Assembly (NCBI GenBank): GCA_012295275.1
Contig: CM022666.1
Location: forward strand, 6,572,001-6,636,000
Origin: Chrysomallon squamiferum
Taxonomy: Eukaryota > Animalia > Mollusca
Direction: 5' to 3'
Length of the DNA stretch: 64,000 nucleotides
Program-made: the position numbers and the translations under genes
Shown here: in pieces, positions 24,069 through 38,688 of the stretch
Position numbering within the stretch: position 1 is the stretch's first letter
Layout: each line of letters opens with the position of its first letter
Notes under the pieces: generated by a model
Told to the model about the DNA's origin: nothing
The model's input: the letters and a program-made list of their open reading frames with translations, nothing else
The model's database searches: none

Positions 24069-25871
24069 TGATAATAACTTATCCATTCATCAATTATGTT
24101 TATGATTTTGTTTTAATTTGTGTGATTGCTTTTTGTTTTCTCTTTATGATCTAAAAACAAAATAAAAACTTGATGATGTAAAGAAGAACGATCATAGCGA
24201 ATTACGCAGACTCGTTGATACAGCATTGGTCGTGAGGTTATGGTTAAACAAGGAAAACAAACTAAATCCCAACTAGATGAGAGAAAAAAACCCACAAAAA
24301 ATGATAAAACACATGCAATGTTTTCTTACTCTCATGCAAAGAATATTTCACAAGTCAACACTAATGTCGTCATTTAATATTGTCAAGAGAAATAACTGAC
24401 TCTTCTGTAGCTGAAGTTAAAAAAAAAAAAACAAGAGAAGCGTTATCAAGGTTCATCTCATCAAAATAAAAACGCTTTTAACCCAAATTTAATTGCTTCA
24501 TTTGTACACAAGATCTGCTTGTGTGAGGCGTTCAGTTTCTATTTGTGCATATTACACACAAAAAACCCACGAAAAGTGAAAACGTTACTCAAGGAAAAAC
24601 GATCTGGTTGATAATACTTTGTTAACAGCCCTCCAAACAAGGACACGTTTGACACCTGTAAGGACGTTTAGCAGTACGGTTAATTGCTAATGGTCAATTA
24701 AATTAATGTGACTGCATACAATGAATGTTTCCTAAATACACAAACGAAGTGTAGATATTCTACACGAAGTCTGAAATCACACTCGAACAGGAATGAGTGA
24801 CTTTCATAGACTTGTTGATTACGAGGTTGCAGTCACAATCGAAGAACAAACAGCGATAAAAGCTTGTTTAAATTGAAGTCATTTTTTTTAAATTTGGATC
24901 TGTTGAGAAACTGGAGGACAAGACGTGAACGACAACACATCGACCGAAGGTGTAAAATGCAATACAAATACTGTAATGACGTAATCACCTCTTTTAACAT
25001 TAACACTGGCGTGATGAGGAAATACGACTTGGCTGTGTTAATATGAACGTAATATCAAAAGTGACTTTAATCGTCAATATTACGTCACGCATATATTAAA
25101 TACGTGTTCAATGTCGCCACTGGGTGCATAGTTTGTAATAAAGATATCTTAATACAGTGTTTTAAAATTATATTTATGTTGTATAATGTTGATCCTTAGT
25201 ATTTGTACTAACTATACAGTTTCACAGTACTAATGAAATAAATACCTTAATCTAAAGATATGTAAGAAATAAATAAATAATAAATAAATAAATAAATAAA
25301 TAAATAAAGATATATAAAAAAATTTAAAATTAAACAATTAAAAATAAACTTTGTCTAATAAATAATAATAATAATAATAATAAAAGGTTTTCGGCAGAAC
25401 TCGGTTGAAATGGGTAAGAATCCTAAAATATTTTCGAATAAAATTCTCAAAATTCTCTTAAATCAGGATATGTTCTGAAGAAGAAGAAGAAAAGAAAAAA
25501 AATGAAACGAAAAAGAAAAAGAAAAGTTAAGTTTCTCTTAAATTATTATTTTCAAATTATTAATTTTTTCAGGGTCGTTTTAAATTTAATTAATTAACTT
25601 GTGTTACTAGTATAATAAATGAGATATAAACTTCCGATGTTTTTACAAAGTTTAAATATTTATTAACACCATTAACATCTTTTAACAAACGGAGGTAGTT
25701 TTTTGGCATCAGCACAGACAATATTAATCTACGTTTATTATTATTATTAATTTTATCATTATTAGTGTTGACGTAACAGGCAATGAAGGCAGCCAGAATT
25801 GACAAGATGATAATCAATAATAATAATAGTGATAATATTAACAATAATAACAAAAACAACATTAACAATAA

Positions 25872-26337
<466 letters not shown>

Positions 26338-26800
26338 CTATGTTTCAGAAATGCCGCTTGTCAAATCTTCAAACACATACTTTCTGTTCACCACAGCCTG
26401 TGCTCTCCATGTCTTTATTTAATAAGCACATTTCTACTAATAAATACAACAAGTGAACGATAAGCGTAGCAAAACTATTAATTGACTAACAACCTTGTGT
26501 GTGGAATCGCGATACAAAAACAAATTGCAAACTACGTCAACAACATGTAGGATTTTGCAACAACACGAGAACGTGAAATTTAAATTAAATATTTATGTAA
26601 TTTACTGATCTACTGACAGTAAATACATACTGACAAGAAAAACAAAAGAACGTTGGAAATACAGTCAATAAAAAAAAAAAGAATGTTAGAGCAACAACAA
26701 TTAATCGTGACATTTAAATTAAATATTTATATAATTAATTAAAGTTTGGCCAAAAAAATAATAAATAAAATAAAAATAAAAATAAATAATAATAATAATA

Positions 26801-26850
<50 letters not shown>

Positions 26851-28491
26851 TAATAATATTTCAAAATTAATAAAAATATTTTAAATTGGATTGTTGTGTT
26901 TATGATGTTTGTCCTAAAATAAAACAAAACAAAAACCATCACAAATTACATTGTTGTTATTATTGTTATTACATGACATCTTGTCATTTCTGGTAGGATC
27001 ATAGAACATAACAAAACAAGGATCTAATGAATGAAACGTATTTGACATATCTCGACCACAATGATGTAAAATGTCCAGTGTGCGTGTCAACGTAAATCAA
27101 ATTCTTTACAGCTGCTTAACAAGATTCAATACATTTTCCTACACACTTCCCAAACAAAGGTAAAGAACAAAATGTTATAGCACTGATGGCAAATATTCGT
27201 ATTTGTTACCAAGCCATGACATAAATCGCAGTGTATCCCCAAGATCTCTTGTTAAAATTTTCAAATTGGTTTGACGTCATTTCCTTGCGATTATTAAATA
27301 CAGCTGCAATTGGAAGCCGTAATCAGAATATGGAAATACATGTAATAAATGAATTAATTAATGATGTGAGTGTGTATGTGTTTGTTTGTGTGTGTGTGTT
27401 TATGTATATATGTGTGTATAATGGGTAAAGTTTAGCATCAACAAGAATCAGCTGTCAAAATCTTTGGTTTTTCAAATCATCAGTCATTGTCAGTAATGAC
27501 ATAATCATGTTTGTTTCTATAAATTAAAACTATCATCAATATTGAAGTGATCTTGAGCCATCAATCATCGTCAACACTGACATTATCATGACGATTATTT
27601 ATAGAAAATTAAAATTAAATTGCAATATTGCAATGATCTTGAGCATGATTGTCGTCAGTATTATTATCGAAACCCATTATCATCATGATCATTTTGGAAG
27701 CCTACTGTTTTAATTGTAACATTATTAAAACAAAAAAAACTGTTACGCATTAGAACATTTAATATTCTTCATTCCTTGAACAAACAAACAGTATCTAACA
27801 TCTTGAAGATTAATGTAAAATATAGAAAAAACGTCAATCCAAACAGTTTTATTTTTCTGTTTACATTTCGCTGTTAATTGGGATTCTTCAAACTGGAGCA
27901 AGGACAGTTGAAATGTATTTTGTTTCAAGACGGTCATATATTTAACATGTGGACCAGTCAAATAAGATATTAATATAGAAACTGAAACCATGTCGTTACA
28001 TCGAAACATCTCGCAGTTAGGTGTGAATAAACGTTTTGATTGGTCTTCGTTCTTTAGCAAATGTTTTTAGTTTAAATAACGCACGGTCTGATTGGTTTAG
28101 GTTTTACGAATCAACTTGGCCATTGGTCAATATTTATAACCAGCTGAACGCAAATGAGACAACTGAATTGAAAATGAGAAGAAAGTAAATGTTAAAGAAT
28201 AGAAACAAAAGAAAAAAGAAAAAAAAAATAAAGGGAATCGAAAAAAAAAATCATAAAAATATTTCAAGGTTGAAAATGATATTTAATCATCTGCATAAAC
28301 ATAAATGGCCAACGGGTTCGCTTGAACACACTAAGTGACGTAATAACTTTCAAGTAACATTAATCTGCAGGTCAAGTGAAAACACACAGGAATTTAATTA
28401 GTATGAAAAAAGATGGCGAGCAATTTTTTTGTTAATTCAGAGTAACCGTAAATGAAAAATCAAATTAGGCAAACACACACACACACACACA

Positions 28492-28530
<39 letters not shown>

Positions 28531-28804
28531 ACAATGAGACACACATACACACAAAATTATAATGACGATGATAATGGTGAAAATGATGATGAGAATGACA
28601 ATGATAATGATGTTGATGATAGTGCAATTTATTACTTTGTGATAATTTATTATGCTGATAAATAAAAATAAAAAGCGCTAAACAGACAATAAAAAAAATT
28701 AAAAAACTAATTTGCCTTGTTCGCCTGTTCACAAAATTATAACCATCTTGGGCTTAGTTTTTCTTCTTCATCTAAATTTAAAGACCTTGACGACTTACAT
28801 AGTT

Positions 28805-28901
<97 letters not shown>

Positions 28902-29474
28902 TTAATAATAATAATTATCTAAGAATTTTCTCATTCATTTTATATATTGGGTTTAGATTATATATGACGATGTATATAGTCGTAGTGTATCGTAATGCAC
29001 TACAAATAGGAGTTTCAATGGATGGTCATGCATTTGCATGGATAGTTCCTAAGCTTCTCGTTAAAAGTCAGAATCACTTTACCTCTAAGAAAGGTGTCAG
29101 GTATAATGTCATGTAATGTTGCAGTTAATTTGCAAATACGACTCATACACTTAAGTGTTCAAAATCTAATTATTTTCGTGTGCTCGGAAATGTCCCTCAG
29201 CTTTCTTTCATCAAATGGAAAACAAATTAAATAATCTATCGCCCGCGTCCTTGGATCAATATTGTCATTATATAACAAGTCGATAGGTTTCTCGCACTAA
29301 TTGCAATTGAGAAAGATTTTAAAATAACTTATTTCGATACTTTGTAACACACAAATTGATCAAATTAATACCAGCACTAAAGATTTTATATCAGGTGTAG
29401 ATATGTCGACGAATCTGTTAAAAAGATTTAGGTATTAAATTCCTTGACACTAATGAATTCTTAACTGAAATAAC

Positions 29475-29558
<84 letters not shown>

Positions 29559-30029
29559 TAGCTCTCATTAGTTCTTTCTACAACAACCTTTTCTATGTTT
29601 GTTATTTCAGTATGATGTCAGATTACACGACTTTGGCACTGACGTCGTTAACACCAACTGGGGTGTCGTAACGGTGTAGTTGTCTCAGCTGGCGCAAAAT
29701 CCAAGGAAGCGAGCGTTTGAGTTTGTTCCTCTGAACAAACCAACACAGGATTTTAACACATCGATAACAAACAGAGAAACAAAGCGAATCCAAAACAAGT
29801 GTGGGAGAAAGCGGCATTTTACAGAATTGTTCCAAAGGGCGTAGCCAGCTTTTACAGGATGTGCAAAATGGCACAAAACAAAGATACTTCCTGGTTCATA
29901 GGTGCAGAAAGGCGAGTCTGATGTTTAGATTTATCTCACACAGAAATATCACATTCAGTTTGTGGAATGGAGCCTTATGAAATAAACTTAACAAGCCATA
30001 TTCAGTTGTGTCTCTCCCACGTTACAAAC

Positions 30030-30169
<140 letters not shown>

Positions 30170-30729
30170 TACAAAATGATATGGAATCCAGTTCTACTTC
30201 TAAATGTACTCACCATCGTGTGATGATGACGATGACGTCGTGATACTGCCTCTTCGAGATCTGAAAAAGTACAATAAACAAATAAATAAATAAATTCCAA
30301 TGTATTTTATATTATCTTCTAGAATTCAAATGTATTTTAGATTATTTTCTAGAAAGAAGGTTAGAACATGCAATACATTTTGAGGCACAGATTTGATTAA
30401 CAAAATGAAAAATTCACCGAAGATCGTTTTTAATGAGTTAAATATTCTTAAAAAACAAAGATCAACTCTCACTAAATGTAAGTTTCGAAAAAGTGGGTTT
30501 AATGGCTTCCAATCTTGTCATGTAGAAATAAAATTAAATTCTTAATAATATAATTTAATAATGCTGGAGGCGATGAGTAATGATGATGAGGAAGAGGAGG
30601 GTAATGGTAATGGTGATGACTGCAATTATAATAATGAAAATAATACAATAATATGAATAAATAACCACAGCAAATCTCTTTGATCTGAACATGACCTCCA
30701 GCAAACCCTTCAAACACACACACAAACAT

Positions 30730-31060
30730 GTGCGCGCTGACGTCACAGGCGTCAAACCATCTCAGACACAGACACACATGAATGCACGCGTGCACACGTC
30801 CACGCACGTGCACGTCAAAGAGCAAATCTAGGAATGCGAGGGGAGGTAATCGATATTGTATTGTTTGACACAACGCGGACCGCACTGTGCTACAGTCGCG
30901 GCACTGACTGACGGCTTCATTAGCTGGACATTGAGGCGTTAATGACCAAGGTGAGTCTGCGGACAGGTATCCAATATACATGCGACCACTTATCGGCTGT
31001 ACACCTGAACAAAGTCCATTACATCCGGGTCAGTTGACGCACGTTCTAGAACGTTCTCTT
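30730..31060 (+). promoter_or_regulatory. CpG-rich promoter-like island with CRE, MRE/HRE cores, a heat-shock element and a consensus splice donor
   Basis: TGACGTCA 30738-30745; TGCRCNC three times; CACGTG/CACGT cluster 30790-30815; AAG|GTGAGT at 30950/30951; gTTCtaGAAcgTTCt 31043-31057. Confidence 0.55.
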
Positions 31061-31330
31061 GTCGCACGGTCCAGTGACTGGTCAAACAAACAGAAGCTTA
31101 GCGCAGCCAGTCGACTGGTACTTCTATTTTGCATTTGCATTATACTGCTGCACAGATCAGCGGCGCAGCAAAGTGGAAACATCGATCATCGGGGGCCATA
31201 TTTAAATAAAAAACTATTTTGTTTGATCGTAATGTTGGTCTGTTGGAGGTTTCATGTTTGTTATGGAATAAAAGCATAATCATGCAATGGGGACATATTT
31301 TGATTTGGCACAGTTTTTAACAATTGTGCG

Positions 31331-31387
<57 letters not shown>

Positions 31388-31819
31388 CTCGGCAGCACAT
31401 TAAAATAATAATGATAATAATATTACAAAGGTAAACATTACATTCAAGCGGGACAAACCCAGTGGGGGGTGTCAACTGTTTAACAAGTAAACATATACTT
31501 GTAGTTAACAATACAACAACTAAGTTATTCATGTTTTAATTCTCCCAACATAATCCACGCATGTATAGCTGAGTGGATGTGACAAGTTGAAGGTTACTGA
31601 AATACACGTCTAGATAAACAGAGGATTAACGGCGGATAAAAGGATTATCCTGTGACATTTACAACAGATCTGTTAAACTAGATTTATAATACTATCCTAC
31701 GGTGACATTTTCTTGTTTTCATTTTTATAAATTCTTAATTCAGTTACCCATCAGAAGTTCTGAATGGCTGGGAATGCTAGAAAATAGTTTTTGAAGTCTC
31801 TTTTCAAAATCAGCTTCAG

Positions 31820-32300
31820 GACTAGCAGTAACCTATTTGAGCCCTATAACAGTATAATATATGTCGATAGCGAAAGAGGTATTTATGACATTGTCATTTA
31901 ATACCAAATAAACTAGATCGTATATCAGTACAGAACTTACAACAGTTTATAAAATAACATTCAGGCAGTCACATGACTAAAAGTAACCCATTTGAACTAG
32001 ATAAAAGTGTTTTGTAAATTAATAATGGAAACTGTTTTTAAGCACAATGTCATTTAACTGCTAATAAAACAGTTAGTATATTAATACAGAACTTACAATA
32101 TTTTAATCTTAAAAAAAAAAAAACACTTACGCTGTCACGAAACTATTAGTAACGCGTTTGAGCCTTATAAAATATGTTTATAACCGGAATACATGCTGGA
32201 TAAAAGTTTGTTATAAATGAATAACGGAATAGTTGCTTATGCTATTGTCATTTGATACCTAATAAAGAACCAATATACAGCTTAAAATAGTTTAATCTGA
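31820..32300. repeat. Degenerate tandem repeat, three copies of about 155-170 bp
   Basis: Recurring ACTA..AGTAAC...TTTGA, TGTCATTT and TACAGAACTTACAA blocks; units start near 31820, 31975 and 32141. Confidence 0.75.
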
Positions 32301-33771
32301 GAAAATAACTCAAAGGCCTAGCACTCTAAACTGACACAAAACTGAACCCAAAGTCTGTGTTATGACAGGAATATAGAAACAATTTCCGAATGGAAATAAG
32401 CTAAATATTACTCAGCACACTTCTCTCCCCACTCTGTATGAAACTCGTGTCACGGTATAAAGAGCTTGAGCACCAGACAGTGAACGAAGTTTCAGACGTC
32501 ATTTAAACAACTCTTTTAAATTCTTCCGTGTTAATTTGCGCACCTCAGTTACAGAAATTGCAGACATTAATGTCGAATAACTGTGAGGACCAGCCACAAA
32601 AACTCTCTGCAAAATACACTGAAATATTTATATTTATTTTCAGCCCATTCTTCCAGTTCTTGTTCATGCATCATTTGAACTATTTTCCGTTCTACCCAAT
32701 TTGTATGTGGTCGTGATGTTTGCTTTTTTTTATTATTCTACCCAATTCATCAACGTCCATGTATTCTGGTCTCTTTTTATTCAACCATTTATGCATATAG
32801 TTGTTATATTTCATGGAAGAACCATACATAAGCTAAAAAAAATGAAGGTATCTTCTATACCTCGCGAAAGCGGCAATTATCTTTTATCTGTTAAGTCATA
32901 ATCACATAAAGAAAAACACAATTACATTACACACTGTACATAGAGAAATGTGTTGAGTTTCATTAAACGTTCATTTATTCATTCTTTCATCAAAGTAAAT
33001 ATGGACTAGCATTTCCCTTTTCATTAGCTTTACGATTATTTGTCATGAAATCATTTTGTGTCGGGGAATAGATAAACGACATCTGAACCGGCTTCTTTAT
33101 GTTCACTGATTGAAGTAATGCATCAAGTCTGTCAACGTTAACACATTAGAAAACATTCTTTGGTATCGAATTACTTAAATATCATATATAGCGTTAATGC
33201 TAACAAAACAAGCTAACAATGGTACGCAATAACGTAAAACACAACTGTTAAAAAAAAAAAAGTAATTTGTAAAGGGGAAAAACAGGAAGTGATAGCGTGT
33301 TCACGTGACTCAGTGCAATAATGGCGTGTCCCTCAGCGGTGTGACCTTCTGTCATTATTTAAACCCAGGTGCGCTGGTACAGGTATTTCACACGTTACAA
33401 TGTAGCGAACAGAGTAACTATTGTCTTGGGAATATTAATGCTGCAATAAAGACGGCGCGTGCCATATGGCAGAGATGAAAACTGGGATACGACAGATTTT
33501 AATCAGCCGTTCAAAAGTCAGGCGACACGCTGCGAGAAATGAGAGCGAGGACGCACGTGTTTTACGAAAATGACAGAAATGATTTTTATGGTTTCATATT
33601 TAAGATGGTTTACCTTTAATAATGTAATTTAATAGCACCAATATATAATTATTATCAACTGATTTTAGCTAATAATACAGTTAAGAATACCATCAAATGA
33701 AGCCTATTATATATTATTGAATGAAGTTTAATTATCACTTTGTGTTTGTCTGTCTGTCTGTGTGTGTGTGA

Positions 33772-33814
<43 letters not shown>

Positions 33815-34333
33815 ATCAAACGACTTTGAACTGTTTGTATAATATTTCCCCACATACTAGCAATGTTTATCTCTTTACATATAAAATATTATCAAGTAAT
33901 GTTTAATTAATAGTTATTGAAAATTATAATAATACATACAAACATACATACATACATACTCACACACATACATACACAAATAAATATGTACACACATACA
34001 TACATTACAGAATGACGTGTAACACAGTTTTGGTTTTGGAAGATACGGTTCATATCCTAATGGACAAACTGGAAAACAAGTAATTAGGCTATTGCAAAAT
34101 ATTACCTGTAGCCTTTGAAGTTTATCCAACAGGTTAATTATTAACATATGAACATGGCGACATATGGTTTAGTGGACTACAGGAGAAACTTGATATCGCT
34201 GTAATATTATATCTCGCGTTTTAATATCCACTACAGATAGTTATCTGAAAATTACAAAGCTCAGATTGCTTTTTTGGTTAATGAAAGAGAATATTGATTG
34301 TAAATAGAATGAATACAGAGGCAATGACACACA

Positions 34334-34450
<117 letters not shown>

Positions 34451-35303
34451 TGTCTGCATTCGTGCGTGGTATATGCATTAGTGTAGGTCTGGGACCTACA
34501 GAAAAATAAATTGGCAGCGTTTGAAATAAAAATATTACAATAAGAGCATTCATTCTATGGTTGTAAAGAACCTTACAAAATAACGTTATATTAATAACTT
34601 TCACATTTTAGTACTCCTAACAATTATACGCTATTTTTGTGTATGACCTATTGATTCTCTTGTATGTTTTATTTTCGTACGTACAAAACATGAACGAAGA
34701 TGTGTGCAAAATAATCGACAATTAACAACAAACATTTCGTGCCAGTACACTCGTGTCAGGGAGGTGCCATCCACAAAACCATCATCAAACTGAAATTAGT
34801 GTCACGCCAGATAGAGCATAGACTGGTTCTTGTTACGCGAATCCACGTCTAACACGTTTGTGACAAGTGTCACAGTCTATTAAAAACCGCAAACGACGAC
34901 AAAGGTGTTAGATGCGTGCAAATTTTCGGAACATTCGTAAATAAATGCTATCATTTCGACATTTGCTTGAGCTGGAACAAAGCAAGGGCTGGAAAAGGAG
35001 TGAAACGGTCACCCATGCTTGATCTGCTTCTTTCACTGGAAAGTGGACTGGGCGGTGAATTGGCGCTGCAGTCCATGTTTGTCGAGAGATTTTCTTTTCT
35101 TGTTATTTGAATTAAATTTCCTTGCCAGAAAATGACCTGAGGATGCTTTTGTCGCGTTTAGCCAGAGCGAAGCCCCCAGCTAAGATGACCGCAGGGTGTC
35201 AAAATAGCAATCAGTGATCATTTAACATACACCACTAGAATCGTACACTCCAGTTCAAGTTTGTGTTCCCCACGCATTTCTTATTATAATCATCTGATCA
35301 AAA

Positions 35304-35447
<144 letters not shown>

Positions 35448-36580
35448 ACATAAGATTGGGTTGTGTATGTCAGAGAAAAATATATACATGTTTATATTCA
35501 AAATATTTAGAAATGGTTTACAAGGTTTTTACAGTATTTACAAACAATATTCAAAGTGCTGTCAATTTACTGCGAAATATTTGTTTCACTAATTCATCAA
35601 CAGAATGATATTTTGGAATAGGAGGGGGATATTATAAAATCTTTATATCTGTTAATGTAAATGGACTTATATTATGACAGAGTATTAATCAAAATACATT
35701 TCTATTGTATATTATGATATAGTGTGATGCAAAGTTAAGTAGGTTAAAATGATTCGAATTGATACGCGTTTGTTTTGCTTCCAGCTGACGTCAAACCTGT
35801 GTAATCACCATGGTAATTTACTCACGTCATAATATGATGGCGAGTAATTCGAATACGTTAACGAATGAAGAAATATTTATTTTTTAATCACAACTCCATA
35901 CATTTTATACTTACCGAGTTGTAATAAATAATAAAAAAAATTTATATACAGCTTCCCGTAACGGGGGAGCATGTCTTTACACTGGTCGTTGATAAACCAG
36001 CACTGACTAGAACGGGAAATAGTCGTTGAAAATAAAACAACAAAAAGCTTAAAACTATTAATTTGCATTCATTACTGTTTGTCGTGTACTATTCTTTTAC
36101 GAAAACCACCGATTTAAAAATCCGAATATCACGAAATTAAGTTAACTTCCGGTATGTGTTTTTTGGGTGGGCAAACGAGCGAATGCAAAGAAATGAGAGG
36201 TGTTAAGTTTTGTGCCAAATACATTGTCTGCTTTGAAGACCTGCGAAGTGACGCAGTTGTAGCCACAGCTTAAAGATTTAGATGTGGGTGTTGCTGGGAT
36301 TACCGATAATCTGTGTTTATTCTGACAAACCGTGTCCGTATAACAATTGATTCTTATTACTCGTCTATCTTACTTTTTCCTGTTTCGCCAAAATGACTTT
36401 TTTCTTGTTTCCTTTTCCCGATATAGTTGTTGTTTTGGTTTTTTTTTTTAATATATTAGTTTTATTTTGTATTTAATATATAAATATTTTCTTTCTTTCT
36501 TTTCAGTGCTATAGTTTTATTTCGACAATAATCGCGAATAATATTAATACCATTTCATTCTTCTTCCCTTAACACACCCA

Positions 36581-36631
<51 letters not shown>

Positions 36632-36755
36632 ACACACGCACACACACACACACAAACACACCCGCACACACACACTTTCAGTAACAGGCGTACACACATA
36701 TACCAGACATACACTGAAGTAAATTATCATACCCATGTGCATCACCATCATCATC

Positions 36756-36800
<45 letters not shown>

Positions 36801-37121
36801 ATTATTAACATTATTAACATTATAATTTTCACCATATTAACCACCGTTTTGCATTATTCAAGATACATCATCATTTTCTGTTCTTAACGTCATCTATACT
36901 CTTTCATATAATACATACACGCACTTATAACCTTCGTTAAAATGTAAAAGGTTAGGGGCCGAAACAAGAATCGTGCAGACCAGTTGTTTGTGTTTAATCA
37001 TAATTAGCACATCTTATGGTGCTAATCTGCTACGACACCATCGAGATTAACAACGTCTTCTGCTTCGGCGTCGTGATTACGGCTCCCATGGCTAACACTG
37101 GCGGGGAATTAACGCTTCCGG

Positions 37122-37165
37122 TGTGACGTTATTCATCAAATCTGTGACGTTATTCATCAAATCTG
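37122..37165. repeat. 21-bp perfect tandem duplication
   Basis: TGTGACGTTATTCATCAAATC twice. Confidence 0.95.
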
Positions 37166-38644
37166 CACGTGGTAATCTGCAAACACGTATGTGTTAATAG
37201 ATAAACAAACTGCGAAGTTCAGAAGTTCGTCTGTGTTAATAAAAGGTTGTGTGTACTGGTCAGTCTTGGTCCATTTTGACCAAAGGTGAGTGAGTGATGT
37301 GTACTGACGGTAAACAATATAATTTTATGCAGACAGAAACAATATATAGACATATGCATCTATTTATCTCTGTTTATATATCGATATCTATCTATCTATC
37401 TATCTATCTTTTTATCTTTTTATACACTATTTCTGTCAAATCTCATGGAATCTTAAGGAATTATCTCTCCCCACCCCCACTCATTTGTCTGTCCGTCTGT
37501 CTTTCTCGTTTCTTAAAAATCAAGACTGACGTAGCAGTTACGAGAAAATTCCTTGAACACATTTAATTTTCTCCTTTCCGTTTGTATATTTTTTCGTTTC
37601 ACTTTTTTCTTTTTCCTCTTCTTTCTTTCTTTCTTTTCTTCTTCTTCTTATTCCTATTTTTTTTTTTTTTCCCTCTCCTTTTGGTCAAGGCGTAATATTT
37701 GACCTCATTCCAACTTTACAATCCTGCACAGGTTGTGAAGGCACATTGCTGCATTTCTCGGGTTTCACGAAATCTGGCGAATGTCACTCCCTCTCGAGAA
37801 AATGAGGATCTTCATATTTCCTCCATTGATCCTCCCGTGATTCGACAGCACGAGCAAGAACCTCACTGGAAAAAATGCAGTGACTTCGCCATCGCTACAT
37901 AACTGGAAGAAAGTCGATGTGGTAAACGAAACAACGAAAACGTCAGCAAACACAGTCTACTACCGCTATTCTGTTTCCGATAGTTAGCAATTTTCGACCA
38001 AGGGAGAGGATTAAAAATGGACTTACAAGAATTTCTCGATTGTTCCATTTATTCCTTTTCAAGCTAAATATAGGCCTACAACGAAGTTAAATTTTAAATT
38101 ACAACATGATAGTCATAGTTTAAAAAATATATATATATTATCAACATCGTTTATTTTATTTTATTATTATTGGCAGTTTATTTTATTTTATTTTAATTTA
38201 ATAAACAACAGAAATTTGATGGAAGTATTTGGTTTGTAATACAATATCAGTATGAAACCTTTAACACTGTAAAAACATTTATTATAAACTCCATTGTCAT
38301 ATTTTTTGAAATGACGACAAGCTATCTTTAAAAGGTTAATGGATATTTTTATAACCGCGCCTAACTTGTAGCGTAATATAACTGACAGCTTTTTCAAAAT
38401 TTTTCTCGTGACTATAAAAGTTTATTTTATCGATATTTATAAAACAATGAATAGTTTAGAAGTGTCAACATAACAAAACTCATTTCAAAATGAAGGTCTC
38501 TGTCAGAAATATTTTTTATTATTCATGATTGTTTTGGGGTTTTTTGGTTTTTGGGTGTGTTACGGAACGATCAATATTTATTTATGTATGTATTTATTTA
38601 CTAGTTAGATTAATGTTTTTGTTGAAATTATTATTATTATTATT

Positions 38645-38688
<44 letters not shown>

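Noticed and set aside
37690-38048. GC-richer block after a long pyrimidine tract, possible exon
   Set aside because: The frames I checked are short or unrecognisable and there is no strong donor; left uncalled.
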